A DNA stretch of 64,000 nt from Camelus dromedarius (Eukaryota). Shown here in pieces: positions 51,194-63,308 of this stretch. The stretch lies in contig NC_087436.1 of NCBI RefSeq assembly GCF_036321535.1, positions 92,444,001 through 92,508,000 of the forward strand. Reading direction: 5' to 3'. The notes under the pieces were generated by a model. It was given only the letters and a program-made list of their open reading frames with translations. It did not search any database and had not been told where the DNA came from. Each line of letters opens with the position of its first letter. Within the stretch, counting starts at the first letter, position 1. The translations under genes and the position numbers were made by a program.

Positions 51194-53965
51194 GTCACTT
51201 GAACATCACAAGTCTCTCACCTAGAAGTGGGTGAATGTTTCATTGTGTGCCCTGTGCTAAGAATCATTTTTAGGATTTGCTTTTTAAGCAGCTGTTTTCA
51301 TTCCAGTAATAAATTGATGGTGAGTTTCTAGAAGTGTTTATAATATTTATGTAATTTGGGTACATGTAACACAGATTTTTTTTTTTTTTTGCCCTATTTT
51401 AACTCCTCCTCGGTTCAAAACTTTATAAATGAGCCTAGCAAATTTTAGTTCAACAAAGAGTTAAGTAAGATCTCATAAATTTTTCTCTTAGGTTTTTCTC
51501 CCCTTGTGTAATTTCTTTATTAGTCATCATAATATGACTCAATGGGGAATAGACTGATATTCACAAAGAGAAAACTTAGGAAGTTTGTTGCAAAGCAAAG
51601 TACAGCAGATCCCCCACCAATGACCCTGACATCTTGATAGCCATCAGGAGCAGCCCTCAGGCTTAGTAAATACAGGGGCTCTATCCATATGGGGTCATTA
51701 TGCAAAGCACTTCAGGATAATAAAGAAAGATGATGTTACTCCATGTTCTTAATTTTTTTCTAGATTTACTTCCCAAAAGCAACTTTATAGTAACTTGTAA
51801 GTTTACAATATAAATTTTTAAGTGAATGTATTATCAGCATAACTTCTAGTGTACATGTGAGATTTTTCTAGGTTATTAACCTAAAAACACAACACAGTAA
51901 GATAAATTATTGTACTCCTGTTAGCTACCTATAAAAATTCCCTTCAGATATTCTTTATTATGTGACTGTGTATATACATGCTCATATAATCCTTATTCCA
52001 TTCAAAAAGGTGATTCATTTAGCTAATCCCATTAAAAGGGTGCCAAATGCAGCTCGTATGATATGGGCTTCCCCATATGCTTTCCAGCTTAAATGGTAAA
52101 AATTTCCAGTGCTCCGACCTAATGTTCACAGGGCAGAGAGTTACTACATAGCAAATAAGAAAAATAATGAATAACACGTGCGGAAACTGCAGCCAAAATC
52201 ATATCTGAAGAGCATGTTGCACTCAGTGCACTGCTAGGTTGTGTCGCAAAGGACCACCCTCTGTTTGTGGAGTCACGAGGAAGAAAGCTGGACTTGACAG
52301 CCTATGCTGAATGTGTAGTCCTTTTCCACAGAGTCTCTGCCTTCTTACAAAGAAGAAAGAGTGACAGTGGAAGAGAAGAAAACCGTGAATAATTTATGTC
52401 CTGATGCAGACCCACTGGTGATTATAAAAAATTTTTTTATAAAACTAGAGTAGAAAACAGAGTGCTTCTGTGATATTTCTGAGCTGTGCATTGGATCACT
52501 ATTGGTATTTGTAAAATTTAGGTTTGAGATCATTTCAATCATGGATTTGTGGTTCTTGATAGACATTTGGAAGAGTTAACTTGTGTGGTAAGATTGTCCT
52601 AGACTATTCTGGAAATTGTACCAATACAGAAGCAAGTGTACAAAAGTTAAAGTAAACTCTAATGAGTGAAGGAGGTGATCTTTTATAAGGTGGAAACACA
52701 ACGGTAGAAAGGAATATATTCTGGAGAATTTCTAACATGAGGTTAAAGAAATTTAATATGTGCTATTTCTGTGATGTGAGCACTCCTCTCCTGGTCAAGG
52801 CCACGTCAAATTCTAACTCATCAAAGAAGGCTTTTGCAGCCCATGCTAATTTCGACATCCTCTGAAATTGTTAAGAACTGGCAAGTAGATGAAACAGCCT
52901 TATGCAGCACTCATTTTTAATGTCTTATAATTTGGTATTGCTATCTTGTAGAGCCCCCTTGTAGCAAGGAACAATTTTTTCAAATGGATGCTATAAAAGA
53001 AATAGAAGATCTGTTGAACTGAGTTCAGCTTGACTGAGCTGAGTCCCATTAAACCACATTCCCTCCCTAAGACATGCTGGTGGTTGCCCACCGCCCATCA
53101 TGCCCAGACCTGGAAGGACAGTCTTTAGTGCCTGCCTGCACTTCTGCTTGCATGAGTCCACTTGGTGCTTACTGGGACTCTGTGGGTGCTTGTTCCTTAA
53201 TCTGTGTATTCCTGTTGTACTCCTTAAAGTAATCATCATTTAATTAGATGCAAGTCGTCAAAAAGTAATCTAGTCAGAATTGTTGCTAGGAAAACCAAGT
53301 ATCATGTTCTAGAAAAACTTTAAAAAATATGCTGTTGAACTTGGGGTAAGATCATAATAAACTGGGGGGGGCATCATTACATTCTAGTCCTCACTTAATG
53401 AAACAAACCATGGATTGTGCCTCATCAGTGAGATTTCTGCAAGAAAAATAGGCAGAATTGTAAAAACAAACTCCTTTGCAGAGTAAGGTTCTTTGCCCTA
53501 CATCACAAGCTGGTACATTTATATCTTGAGTTAAATGTTTTAAGTGGATACATTTTATTTTATGAGTCCCCACTTAAATCTAACATCTTTGTTTAGCAAC
53601 CCACCGCTATTTCAAACCCGTCAGATACCAGGGCTTCCTCTGTTTCTTGAGTCTTCTTCCAAGCCAGTTGTCTACTTTTATCTTGATAATGGAAGCAGAT
53701 ACCCTTGCTCGTAGCAGCTGCAGTGTAATTTGGGGGATGTCTCTCACTACATCATCATATTTAAAAAAAAAAAAAAAAGCATTGTTCTTGCCAAGGGAGC
53801 TCATACTCTGTTTTTAATACCTGAGTTAGCCACACCCACAGAGTTGGTATAAAATCTTCAGCTGATTTTAATTTGGGGGTATTGAAAATTGCAGTGTCAA
53901 GCAGAGAAAGCACTGGTTGGTTGTAATAGCCATGAAAAAAGATAATGAAGTTTAATCCAGCTCTT

Positions 53966-54108
53966 TTCTTTTTTTTTTTAATTGATTTATAATCATTTTA
54001 CAATGTTGTGTCAAATTCCAGTGTTCAGCACAATTTTTCAGTCATACATGGACATATACACACTCATTGTCACATTTTTTTTCTCTGTGAGCTACCATAA
54101 GATTTTTG
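53966..54108 (-). mobile_element. Young, heavily 5'-truncated L1 3' end with perfect 12-bp TSD
   Basis: Same family as 47555-47786 (ttacaatgttgtgtcaaattccagtgttcagcacaatttttca...ctgtgagctaccataagat). TSD aatccagctctt at 53954-53965 and 54109-54120. Confidence 0.93.
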
Positions 54109-54970
54109 AATCCAGCTCTTCTCTGATGCTCCTTTAAATTACTAATATTAGCTCCCTGTGCAGAGATTTCTTCTTTATTACACATTCAGCATATGGGGAG
54201 AAAAAAAAATAAAGAACAATACCAGTGTTTCAAGGCTCCATTGATTCCATGGTGTGACTTCACAATGGATGTACGTCGTGAGCCTGTTAAATTGTAAAGG
54301 GAATTTGATCAATGTTTTCAAATGCTTTTCTCTTTTCATGCCCATTTCCCATTTTCTTTTTAGATCATTTCTAGGTGAGCATTCTTTTTTGACATTTACT
54401 AAATGTCAGCCGTAGTCCATGTTGAAAACATTGGCCTAGAGCCAGTGGGCTTACCAATTTATATTAGCCTGTTAAAAAAAATTAAATAAAATGTGAAAAT
54501 GAATTGAAAATTGCTTTGAAGAAAAATGAGGGCTCACAGTGGAAAAGCCCATTCATGGCCTGACATTTATCCATTCCCTTCCTGTGTCACAGTTGTCACT
54601 TGGTGCTATCACCAGACTCCGAAAGGAAATCCAAAGAAAGAATTAAAAATAATTCTTTCATGCAGCAGCCGTTTATTGAGTACCTATTCTGGATCAGCAC
54701 TAGGAATACGAAGATGAGGAGACTGGTTCACTCTGCATCAACTCAGAGCCTAACGCAGTGAATCTCAAACTTGAAATAAAGACCGGATCTGTTCTTGGCT
54801 AAAGCCTTTGAGAAGGGCAGCTGGACCTCCTGAAAGCACATGTTTATGCACAATATCAACTGCGAGGAATTTTTCCTAAGGGAATAATCAGGGAAACATG
54901 CAAAGATGTATTGAGTCTTGCAGAGTCATGATCTCCATTTCTAAGTAGAATAACAAATGATATTTGTTAT

Positions 54971-55110
54971 TTGTTGTTTTTTTGGGGGGAGGGGATTACT
55001 TGTGGGGGGTTAGGTTTATTTATTTATTTTTTAAATGGAGGTCCTGGGGATTGAATGCAGAATCTCGTGCATGCCAAGTACATGCTCTACCACTGAGCTA
55101 TCCCCCCTCC
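54971..55110 (-). mobile_element. tRNA-derived SINE (camelid vic-1-like), B box decayed
   Basis: Minus strand reads GGAGGGGGGATAGCTCAGTGGTAGAGCATG...CATTCAATCCCCAGGACCTCC followed by an A-rich tail. Confidence 0.85.
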
Positions 55111-55143
55111 AAATAAGTTTTTGGAGTTTGCTAGAGATACTGC

Positions 55144-55274
55144 TTTTTTGCAGGGAGAGGGGTAGGTGATTATGTTAATTTATTTCTTTTTAATGGAGGT
55201 ACTGGGGCTTGAACCCAGGACCACATGCATGCTGGGCATGCACTCTACCACTGAGCTATACCCACTCCCACCCC
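55144..55274 (-). mobile_element. tRNA-derived SINE (camelid vic-1-like)
   Basis: Minus strand has A box TAGCTCAGTGG and B box GGTTCAAGCCC, then CAGTACCTCC and an A-rich tail. Confidence 0.88.
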
Positions 55275-56301
55275 AAATAATAAATAATTAATCATGTTCC
55301 TGCAGGTATGTACTGCACTTAACCTTGATAAAGAGTTTAGCTCTGAGTTGTTTCTATTGTCCACTAACACTGTATATATTACGTGTTTCTCAGTTTACTT
55401 AATAGTTTACTGAGCCAGTTCACTGTTCAGTTTTCCTTTCTTTCTCTTCAATCACCAAGACCATGTGGACAGTATAAGTCAATCACACTGATGTTTTCTG
55501 TCATGGAGCTCTTCTGTGATTGTCATGGGGTTTATTTCTTAAACGGCTTTTAAAAGTCTGTGATAAGTTGCTCCAAAGGTAACACCAAATACGATTTTAG
55601 TGTGAATGCTCGTGTTCCCTGTTCCTGACCTGCCTTTCTGTTAAAGGTTGCTTGATTCTACTTGGCCATTGTCAGTAGCTTTGGAAGAAGACTGAGGCAC
55701 ATGAGCTTTGCAATCAAGTGCTTGGTATTGACTCTGGTTGATTCACCAGGGTGCCTGAGGACAGGTTGAGAAGTTAGCCAGTTCCCTACTGTTAATTCAA
55801 GTAAAGGTTTAAGTCGTTCTAAATGTATAGTCCATCGTCTAAGGTCAGCTTGCAGAGGCTCGAAACTTTTATTTTCCACGTATAGTGTAGGGTTTAGTTG
55901 GTATTTGGACACCACTCAACAGCCTTTCTGGCTTTCTTTTTCAGTCAAAAATGAGGAATTAGACATTCTGATGTTATTTGTTAGGAAGTAATGGAATTTC
56001 TGAACTCAGATGTCATTTTTTAACAAATGTCTGCAAGCATTCTGGTACACTGATGCTTAGCAAGGCATTGTAGTTTCTCTCACCTAGAGGTTTGCTCCCA
56101 GGGCCTTATTTTTTCCCTAAAAGTGGCCAGCCAGGCTCACAGAGAGCTAAACATTTGTAAACCTAGGGCTTTTCCATGATGATTCTTCAGAGACCTAGTC
56201 ATTTGCCTCTTCTGCGGCTTTTATCCTTCAGGACTATAACATCTCAAAATTCTTTTTCAGAAAACGAAGTTAATTAATTTTTTTTTTTTTTTAATCTAAA
56301 G

Positions 56302-56485
56302 GGTTTCTCCACTTCAAAAATCTGAAGTCGTTGAGATGGTTAAAAAACAAGTTAAAGTCATAACCCTTGCCATCGGGGATGGAGCAAATGACGTCAGCAT
56401 GATCCAGACGGCACACGTGGGGGTTGGGATCAGCGGCAACGAAGGCCTTCAGGCGGCTAATTCCTCCGATTACTCCATAGCGCAG
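56302..56485 (+). CDS. ATP8A1: ATP8A1 coding exon (window exon 6; [62 protein letters not shown])
   Basis: Poly-T tract followed by acceptor aatctaaag, and donor CAG|gtacag. 184 nt, phase 2 to 0. Contains the P-domain GDGAND motif. Confidence 0.97.
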
Positions 56486-56547
56486 GTACAGCGTCGCCCC
56501 GCGGGACACACCGTTCGTCCCGCGCAGCTGCCCTCTGAAGAGGAAAA

Positions 56548-56554
56548 TACTAAT
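56548..56554 (+). promoter_or_regulatory. Probable splicing branch point of the 90-nt intron
   Basis: TACTAAT (near-consensus YNYTRAY) about 22 nt upstream of the acceptor AG and directly followed by the pyrimidine tract. Confidence 0.7.
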
Positions 56555-56575
56555 TTTTTCCCACTCTCATTTTAG

Positions 56576-56686
56576 TTCAAGTATTTGAAGAATTTATTGA
56601 TGGTTCATGGTGCCTGGAACTATAACAGAGTCTCCAAGTGCATTTTGTACTGCTTCTACAAGAACATTGTCCTCTACATCATCGAG
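56576..56686 (+). CDS. ATP8A1: ATP8A1 coding exon (window exon 7; [37 protein letters not shown]; start of TM5)
   Basis: Acceptor ctctcattttag and donor GAG|gtaaca. 111 nt, phase 0 to 0. Contains the LLxVHG and FYKN motifs. Confidence 0.97.
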
Positions 56687-57467
56687 GTAACACGTTCCGT
56701 TTAAAATCCTTGTCATCTGCGCATGTACGTGAGAATTCTCTTGGTGAGGACATTTTCTCATCATTGTAATTAATCCTTCATTTGCCCACTTTTTCTAACT
56801 TCTTAATCTGTTAAAACAACACGTTTGTCAGCCATGGAGAACAAGGTTTAAATTCTGACTAAAAACATGCTACAGCTTTGGTTAGAAATGTTGAATTACA
56901 ATTGGTCATAAACTAATGTGTTCAGGTTTTAAAAGACTGCAAACTCTATAGCATTTTTTTATAAAGCTCAAAAACATGAGAGAAAACGATACGCTGTTTC
57001 GGGATGCAAACAAGGAAGACGGTGTTTAAAAAGAAAAGGAAGGGACAGTGGACAGAAAACTGGGGATGTCAGCTCTACCAGGGGATCTAATCTGGTAGGA
57101 GGCACGGGTGGCTTTGCTGGTATTGGCCACCTTGCAGTTCTTAGCCTTCTCGTAGTTCAAACTTAGATAATTATATACAAGGATCCCTTGTTTTGGTTTC
57201 TGAGTTTGGTAAGTTGAGTCCAGACAATGAGGAATTTGTCTAAAAATTAGAAGACTCACTTCCTGTGTCTGGATAACAAGAAATTTCTATATTCCTTTTC
57301 ATGTAGCAAATATGACATCATTTTTAACATGAAAACATAACCTGGGTCAGGAATATCGCTTCTAAGAGGATGCATTTTGTTCTGCGAACATTTTTACAGT
57401 ACCTGCTGGATGCCAGGCCCCAGGCTTAGTTCAGCAGCTACAAAGTAAATCAAGCAAGGTTCTGTTG

Positions 57468-57771
57468 GAGCTTGCCAACAGAAACATAAAACAAGCTGCA
57501 TGTGTGAATGCACATTTTCTAGGAGCCACGTGAACAAGTAAAAAAAATTAAAGCCTAAATAAATGTTTTAATTATCTTTCAATTAACTGGATATATTCAA
57601 TATTATCATTTCAGCATATATTATTAATACAGTATCTCACTTTTTTCCTTCACACTAAATGTTCAAAATCTGGTGTGTATTTTACACTTAGAGTATATCT
57701 CAGTTTGGACTAATCACATTTCAAGTGTTCAGGGAGCCGCCTAGCCAGTGGCTACCACCGTGGATAGCACG
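57468..57771 (+). mobile_element. MER33-like hAT-Charlie MITE
   Basis: ttttctaggagccac...aaatctggtgtgtattttacactta...atctcagtttggactaatcacatttcaagtgttca...agtggctacc..tggatagcac matches the recalled MER33 consensus. Confidence 0.85.
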
Positions 57772-57900
57772 ACACTAATAGATGAATAAGCAGATTCAGG
57801 GTGTGGTACGCAAGTTACTTTTTTTTTTTTTTACCATTTTATCATCAGAAACAATATTTGTAATGCTTATTCCTTGCTCCTCTTGAGGCTTCACAAAGCA

Positions 57901-58034
57901 TTTTTTTCTTTTTGTGTGTGTGGTGGTGGGGGTCAGGGAGGTTATAGGTAACTAGGTTTACTTATTTGTTTAGAGGAGGGACCGGGGTTTGAACCCAGGA
58001 CCTTGTTGCATGCTAGGCATGCGCTCTGCCACTT
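57901..58034 (-). mobile_element. tRNA-derived SINE (camelid vic-1-like)
   Basis: Minus strand reads GGGTATAGCTCAAGTGGCAGAGCGCATGCCTAGCATGC...GGTCCTGGGTTCAAACCCCGG followed by an A/C-rich tail. Confidence 0.88.
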
Positions 58035-61000
58035 GAGCTATACCCTGCCCCCTCCATAGCTTCTTAAGAAATCCCTCTATCTTCCACTCCTGTCAGAGGA
58101 GCTGCCTATGCCCTCGTAAATCTGCTCCAGGCTCCCTTACAGATGTTTGCTTATGCCACCTTGCCCTCGACTCTGTTCACTGTTTCTGCCCATCGATCAG
58201 GAAAGACAGAACCTAACCATTTGCCAGGTGGAAATAATACCCCATATTTTACACCACAGAAGTAACACTTTAAACCAAAAAACTCAGTAGATTCCCCCTT
58301 ACCCCTGTTGATGAATTAGTTGTAGCTGCTGTATGTTTGCTTCAGCTGGTCTTTATGCCTGTCAGAATGTTTATCTCCTTATCAAAATGTTGACTTGGCG
58401 TAGTTCTTTTTATGCATCAGACTAGTAAAGGGAAAACTTAGGTTTGAAGCATGCAGGCAGGTTATTTATCAGTCACTAAAAAGCTGTCATTAGATTGCAA
58501 CCCATTAGGTAAAATAATCAAGAACTTGGAACATAAACAGGATAATCTATGAATTTACTTATTGTTCATTACTAAGTTTGGTCTGGAATAGTCTGTGTTT
58601 TGAAGCAAAATGCACTTCCAGAAAAGCTTATAAGATTAAAAAAAGAACTCTTTTATACAAATTTGTGATTCTTTTCTAAAATAATTATTTTTGATACCCA
58701 ATCCTCTCTATAGTTCTAACTTTTGTAGTTGCATTTTCTTCTCATCCCAAAACATTGACATTCAAAAGAATATCAATTTATACAGTTTTTTTACATACAC
58801 TTTTGAAAGTAGCAGGAGTTTAAAGCCACTGGCAGTAATAAATCTGCTTACAAAAATTTAATTGTTCAGAATGAAATAAGAGTACTCAACTTGCCACTTT
58901 TTAAATCTATATTATTTGACAACCAACGACGAAGTGGTCAAAATTACGCACTAATGGGAGAAATAAAATATATTAAACTCAAATGAAAAACGAAATCTGT
59001 ACGCTCTGTTTCAAACCCAGAGTTATGCGATTTGTGGTTGATTAGCCCTGAATTTCACTTGGCTTTGAATTTAAAGCCTCTTTGAGAGATATTTAACACT
59101 GATCAAATTCTTTACATGTTGAAAAGGAAGTACGTCCTAAACTTTACTGGAAATCTCATTCTTAAGTTATTTTTCTTTTAGCAGTTTATGTTAATGTATT
59201 TTGAATATAATTCAACTATCTTGGAAACGAATTGACCTTTTAAATCAATTCCCAGATACCCAACTTTTGCCAGCTAAAACAAGTTCTGCAGATGTTAATG
59301 GCTCATGTCAATACTGTGGATGAATAGACAGAAAACACATCATTGAATGTCTCTAGTGAGGACAACTGCCAGTCTCGAACCTCTCCTTTCAGTTTTTTGT
59401 GCTGATCAGGCGTGGGAGCAGAGGACTCACTGACTGTTTGTAAGCTGCTGTTTAATATGCAGAAATGCTCCATCAGGGAAATGTCTGTGAAGCTTTAACT
59501 GCCACGCCGCTGCTGGGGCATGGAAGCTAGAAAATAAAACCAGGAGAAGCAGGTCCAAAGTTTCTTTGCTAATAAAGGAATAGCATGGGACACTAATGGT
59601 TTTATAGGTTATCTGCAAAAACTGCTTTTCCCATTGCTGTCCTGCCAGGGATATCACGAGCTAGCTACTGCATTGCCGTAAATTACAGCCAAACAAATAA
59701 ATACAGATTTGGCAGGTGGCAGGGTAAAGCACTTACTTGTGGGGGCCGCCCAGCAGCAGCTCTAGGTGTTCACTGAAATTACTGGCATTTTCTAAAGACT
59801 TGGGATTTTGTTTCGTTTTGTTTTTTCCCCATTTCTCTGGAACATCTGACTCCTTCCTAGCAAAATAAGACCTTTTATTTCAAGCAGTTAGTCGCATCCA
59901 GGTTTTCCAGGAAGATCCCAAAGCAACAGAGTATTTCTAATTTCCGGAAGCTTTGATTAAAGTCAATGAGGTGATACTTTCCCAGAGAATTGTGCTGGGA
60001 TATGGACTTCCTGTGAATTTAAATAATGTAGGTAACTTCCCAGAGGGGCTGATGTTTTCTTTCCACGTCATTGGTTTTATTGAGTCAAAGGAGGGACTTT
60101 GATGTGTTTATAGTAATTTAGGTGGCATTTTATTTAGTATGGAATACATTTCTAATACAGCTTTCAACTACAAATCTCAGACTGACTTGAAATCAGCCTT
60201 CTAGTAGACTTCTTCACCATAAAAACTTTTTTCCTTTAAATGATGTAAACTTGAATGCCAAAATATTTGTACAAAGATAGAGGATACTATCTTGCAAGGA
60301 TCAATTCCTATCTAGTTATTTCTCCTTTTTTAATAAAAGAAATTAGAATATTAAGTTTTTTTTTAAATACAGCAAGAGGCCTTCTAAAAACATGTTCACA
60401 TGTTTCAGTAGGAAAAATAAAAAGATAAAAATGTGTTAATGGTTTTCCACTTAAAATTTTCCGCATTTGTCTCCCAAAGCAGTTAACTGGTACATTTTAA
60501 AATAAAGTTTAACTGCAAACATGTTGGTTTATTTGCAAGTTATTTTGAACTGGAAACTTTATGTAAATATCCAGTGATCTGAGTGATCCTAAATTTCAAG
60601 CTGGTATTTTAACCAGCACTGAATGTTGTGTACAGGGAAGCTAGGAGACCATTCATTTACAGATGTTTACTCACACAGAAATTCATTAACGTGAATTTCT
60701 CATATTATCCAGTACTGGTGATTGCAAATGCACTTATAACTATAACCTTGAAGCCAAATCATGTCTGTTAAACAAATTTGGTATGCAAGCAGCTTCAGCT
60801 TTCTTCAGACCAATGAAGATTATATGTATCTTCATAGACTACTAAAGCCATAATTGAAAGTTCATGTTTAAAAATTCCAGATATTACCATCATACCCTAC
60901 GAAATCTGAACTGGCTTCTTGGTGTGTAATACTACAATAGACCACAGTCGCCTTCAGGGAGAACACTGGCATCATCCAGAGGATCACAAATATGTATTTA

Positions 61001-62075
61001 CATAATCCACATCTCAGAAAAGCCAACTGTGAAAACACAATAGGGAGCATTAAAGTCAGTCTTGTCAATTTGTGTCTACTTACGCTTTGAAAAAAAAGAA
61101 GTTTTGAGTCAGCAGCACCATCCCAAGGAGTAAATTTAACATCACATGAAGATGCTAAATTTGCATATAGCAACGAACGATCTGGCTCTTAACTGAGGGT
61201 ACATGGTCAGGTTTTATTCCTATAAATATATGTAGCAGAGCAAGTAAGAATTTCAGATTTGCCTCCCATGTTTATGCTTTTGTTCTTGTTGTTGCTAATG
61301 TCTGTTACAACCTTAACACAATTTGGGCTTACTTTTCATGTGCTATTGCTACTTTGTTTTCTTTTCCATCTCATGAAGCAGACATTCATTTTTATCTATG
61401 CTCAGTCATTCCTTTCCACCATAAAAAGGAAAAAGATCAGTGTGGGTGCAGAAACTGTTCATAGGGAGGCCGGCCTGGGTACATATTGATAAATGGTGAA
61501 TTTGTAGCAATTCATGCTTCCATAATGAGGTTAAATGAAACGTGAAGTGTAGCAAAGTCCCTGCGACTCCAATTCAGAAATTCACTTGACCGGCTCCTCA
61601 AGGCTGCTATCCCCTAAGGGGTTTTTTTTGTGGCTGTTGTTATGTTTTGGTTTTGTGTTTGTGTTTATGTGATTTCATTGTTGGGCCAGACATTTTACTC
61701 TTCCAGATCAACTTGATTTTTAATTACATTTTAGGTCTGCATTTTTAAAACAAATAATAATGTAGGGATTATTGATTTACTAATATTCACTTTAATTTTC
61801 CATTTGTCTTAAACATGTTGGAGAAAGGTTCTCTATATTGCCCTTTAATTTTTATCAAAAGTTAGCTTTCTGTTTTAAGCTATCTGCAGAATATATAAGA
61901 ACATGATGCTCTATTAAAGATTTGTTTTTAATTGAAGCATAAATTTAAGTTACAAAACTATTTTTTAATATATAAATTCAAATTTTGCATTATGATGGCT
62001 ATCATTATCAAGAACTATTTTTTAAAAGCTTATGTACTTTGACCCATTAATTCTACTTCTAAGAATTCAGCCTAA

Positions 62076-62248
62076 AAGAAGAAAAAGGACACAAGAAAAT
62101 TTTTGGAGGTGGTGGCTATGTATGTTTCCTTGATTAGGTGACGATTTCATGAATGTACACACATGTCCAAACTCACCAAAATGTATACAGTAAATGTATG
62201 TCTTTTTTGTATATCAATTTTATCTCAATAAAGCTATTTTTATTAAAA
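62076..62248 (+). mobile_element. L1 (L1MB/MC-like) 3' end nested in an older L1ME-like fragment (about 62020-62620)
   Basis: aaaatttttggaggtggtggctatg...tcaattttatctcaataaagct. Degenerate TSD aagaattcagcctaa (62061-62075) versus aagaattaatcctaa (62249-62263). The host sequence gacccattaattctacttctaagaatt..cctaaggaaata is L1 ORF2-end-like. Confidence 0.75.
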
Positions 62249-63006
62249 AAGAATTAATCCTAAGGAAATAGAGATATGTAGGATTTCTGTACAGGAATAT
62301 TCAGTTCGGAATTACGTATAATAGCAAAAACTGAAAGCAAGCTAAATATCCAAAAATAGGTATAGCCACACTGTAGGGGATATACATTCATTAACATCAT
62401 TTAAAAGGATATGTAACAACATAAGAAAATGCCTATTATATAATGTTAAGAAGGAGAGGAGCAGAACATGACACTACATACTAGTTTCCAGAGGACAGAT
62501 TTATGAACATATATAAATGAACTATATGAATACAACCAACACGGAAGAAAACAAATGGTGATGGGACTATTATAGGAAATTATTTAATTTTTAAAAATAG
62601 ACATATTTTATATTATAATAAAAATAACAATAATCTTTATCTATCGGAAGGTAGATATTTTAAAAGGGAATTAAAGCTCTAAAAATTTAATGGCATAAAA
62701 TACGTTCCCTAAAATACCTTTTAGGAAACACAGTTTTGTCTAACTTTTTAAAAATCTGATTGCCTATAGATATAGTTCTTTTTTGATTCAACAAGTGGAA
62801 CCAATTCTGACTTAAATAGCAAAGACCTTATGAAAGCATCCCTTCAAATTAAAAAGTGAAGCAAAGAAATGCCATTTTCAAGAGAGTCATGAAACTGCTG
62901 TGTTAATGACGCTGTTATGCAGTGGTTGAGTTTACCGCAGATTCTAAGAAATGTGTTTATGGTTTTGTGTTCTAATTTGAGGGTCTTGGGGTTGTTTTCT
63001 TCCCAG

Positions 63007-63081
63007 ATCTGGTTTGCCTTTGTTAATGGCTTTTCTGGACAGATCCTCTTTGAGAGATGGTGCATAGGTCTTTATAACGTG
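63007..63081 (+). CDS. ATP8A1: ATP8A1 coding exon (window exon 8; [27 protein letters not shown]5-TM6)
   Basis: Acceptor ttttcttcccag and donor GTG|gtaagt. 75 nt, phase 0 to 0. Contains the GFSGQ motif. Confidence 0.97.
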
Positions 63082-63185
63082 GTAAGTTTAGGCCTTCTGA
63101 TTATTCCTGTTCCTTGGAATACTTTGAGATAAAAGTTCACCCTGTGTTTGGCTGGCTGGTGAAATGACTAGTTTGTGCACTTTAG

Positions 63186-63308
63186 ATGTTTACAGCAATG
63201 CCGCCCTTAACTCTGGGAATATTTGAGAGGTCATGCAGAAAAGAGAATATGTTGAAATATCCTGAATTATACAAAACGTCTCAGAACGCCCTGGACTTCA
63301 ACACCAAG
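63186..63308 (+). CDS. ATP8A1: ATP8A1 coding exon (window exon 9; [41 protein letters not shown])
   Basis: Acceptor gcactttag and donor AAG|gtagga. 123 nt, phase 0 to 0. Contains the FTAMPP and PELY motifs. Confidence 0.97.

Noticed and set aside
55195..55265. tRNA genes at the A/B-box elements (also near 55040-55105 and 57975-58025)
   Set aside because: They carry SINE-type A-rich tails, occur as diverged dispersed copies and lack convincing acceptor stems.
862..63308. Assignment to the paralog ATP8A2 or to a processed pseudogene
   Set aside because: The peptides ([45 protein letters not shown]) fit ATP8A1 as recalled. Introns are present and the spliced frame is intact.
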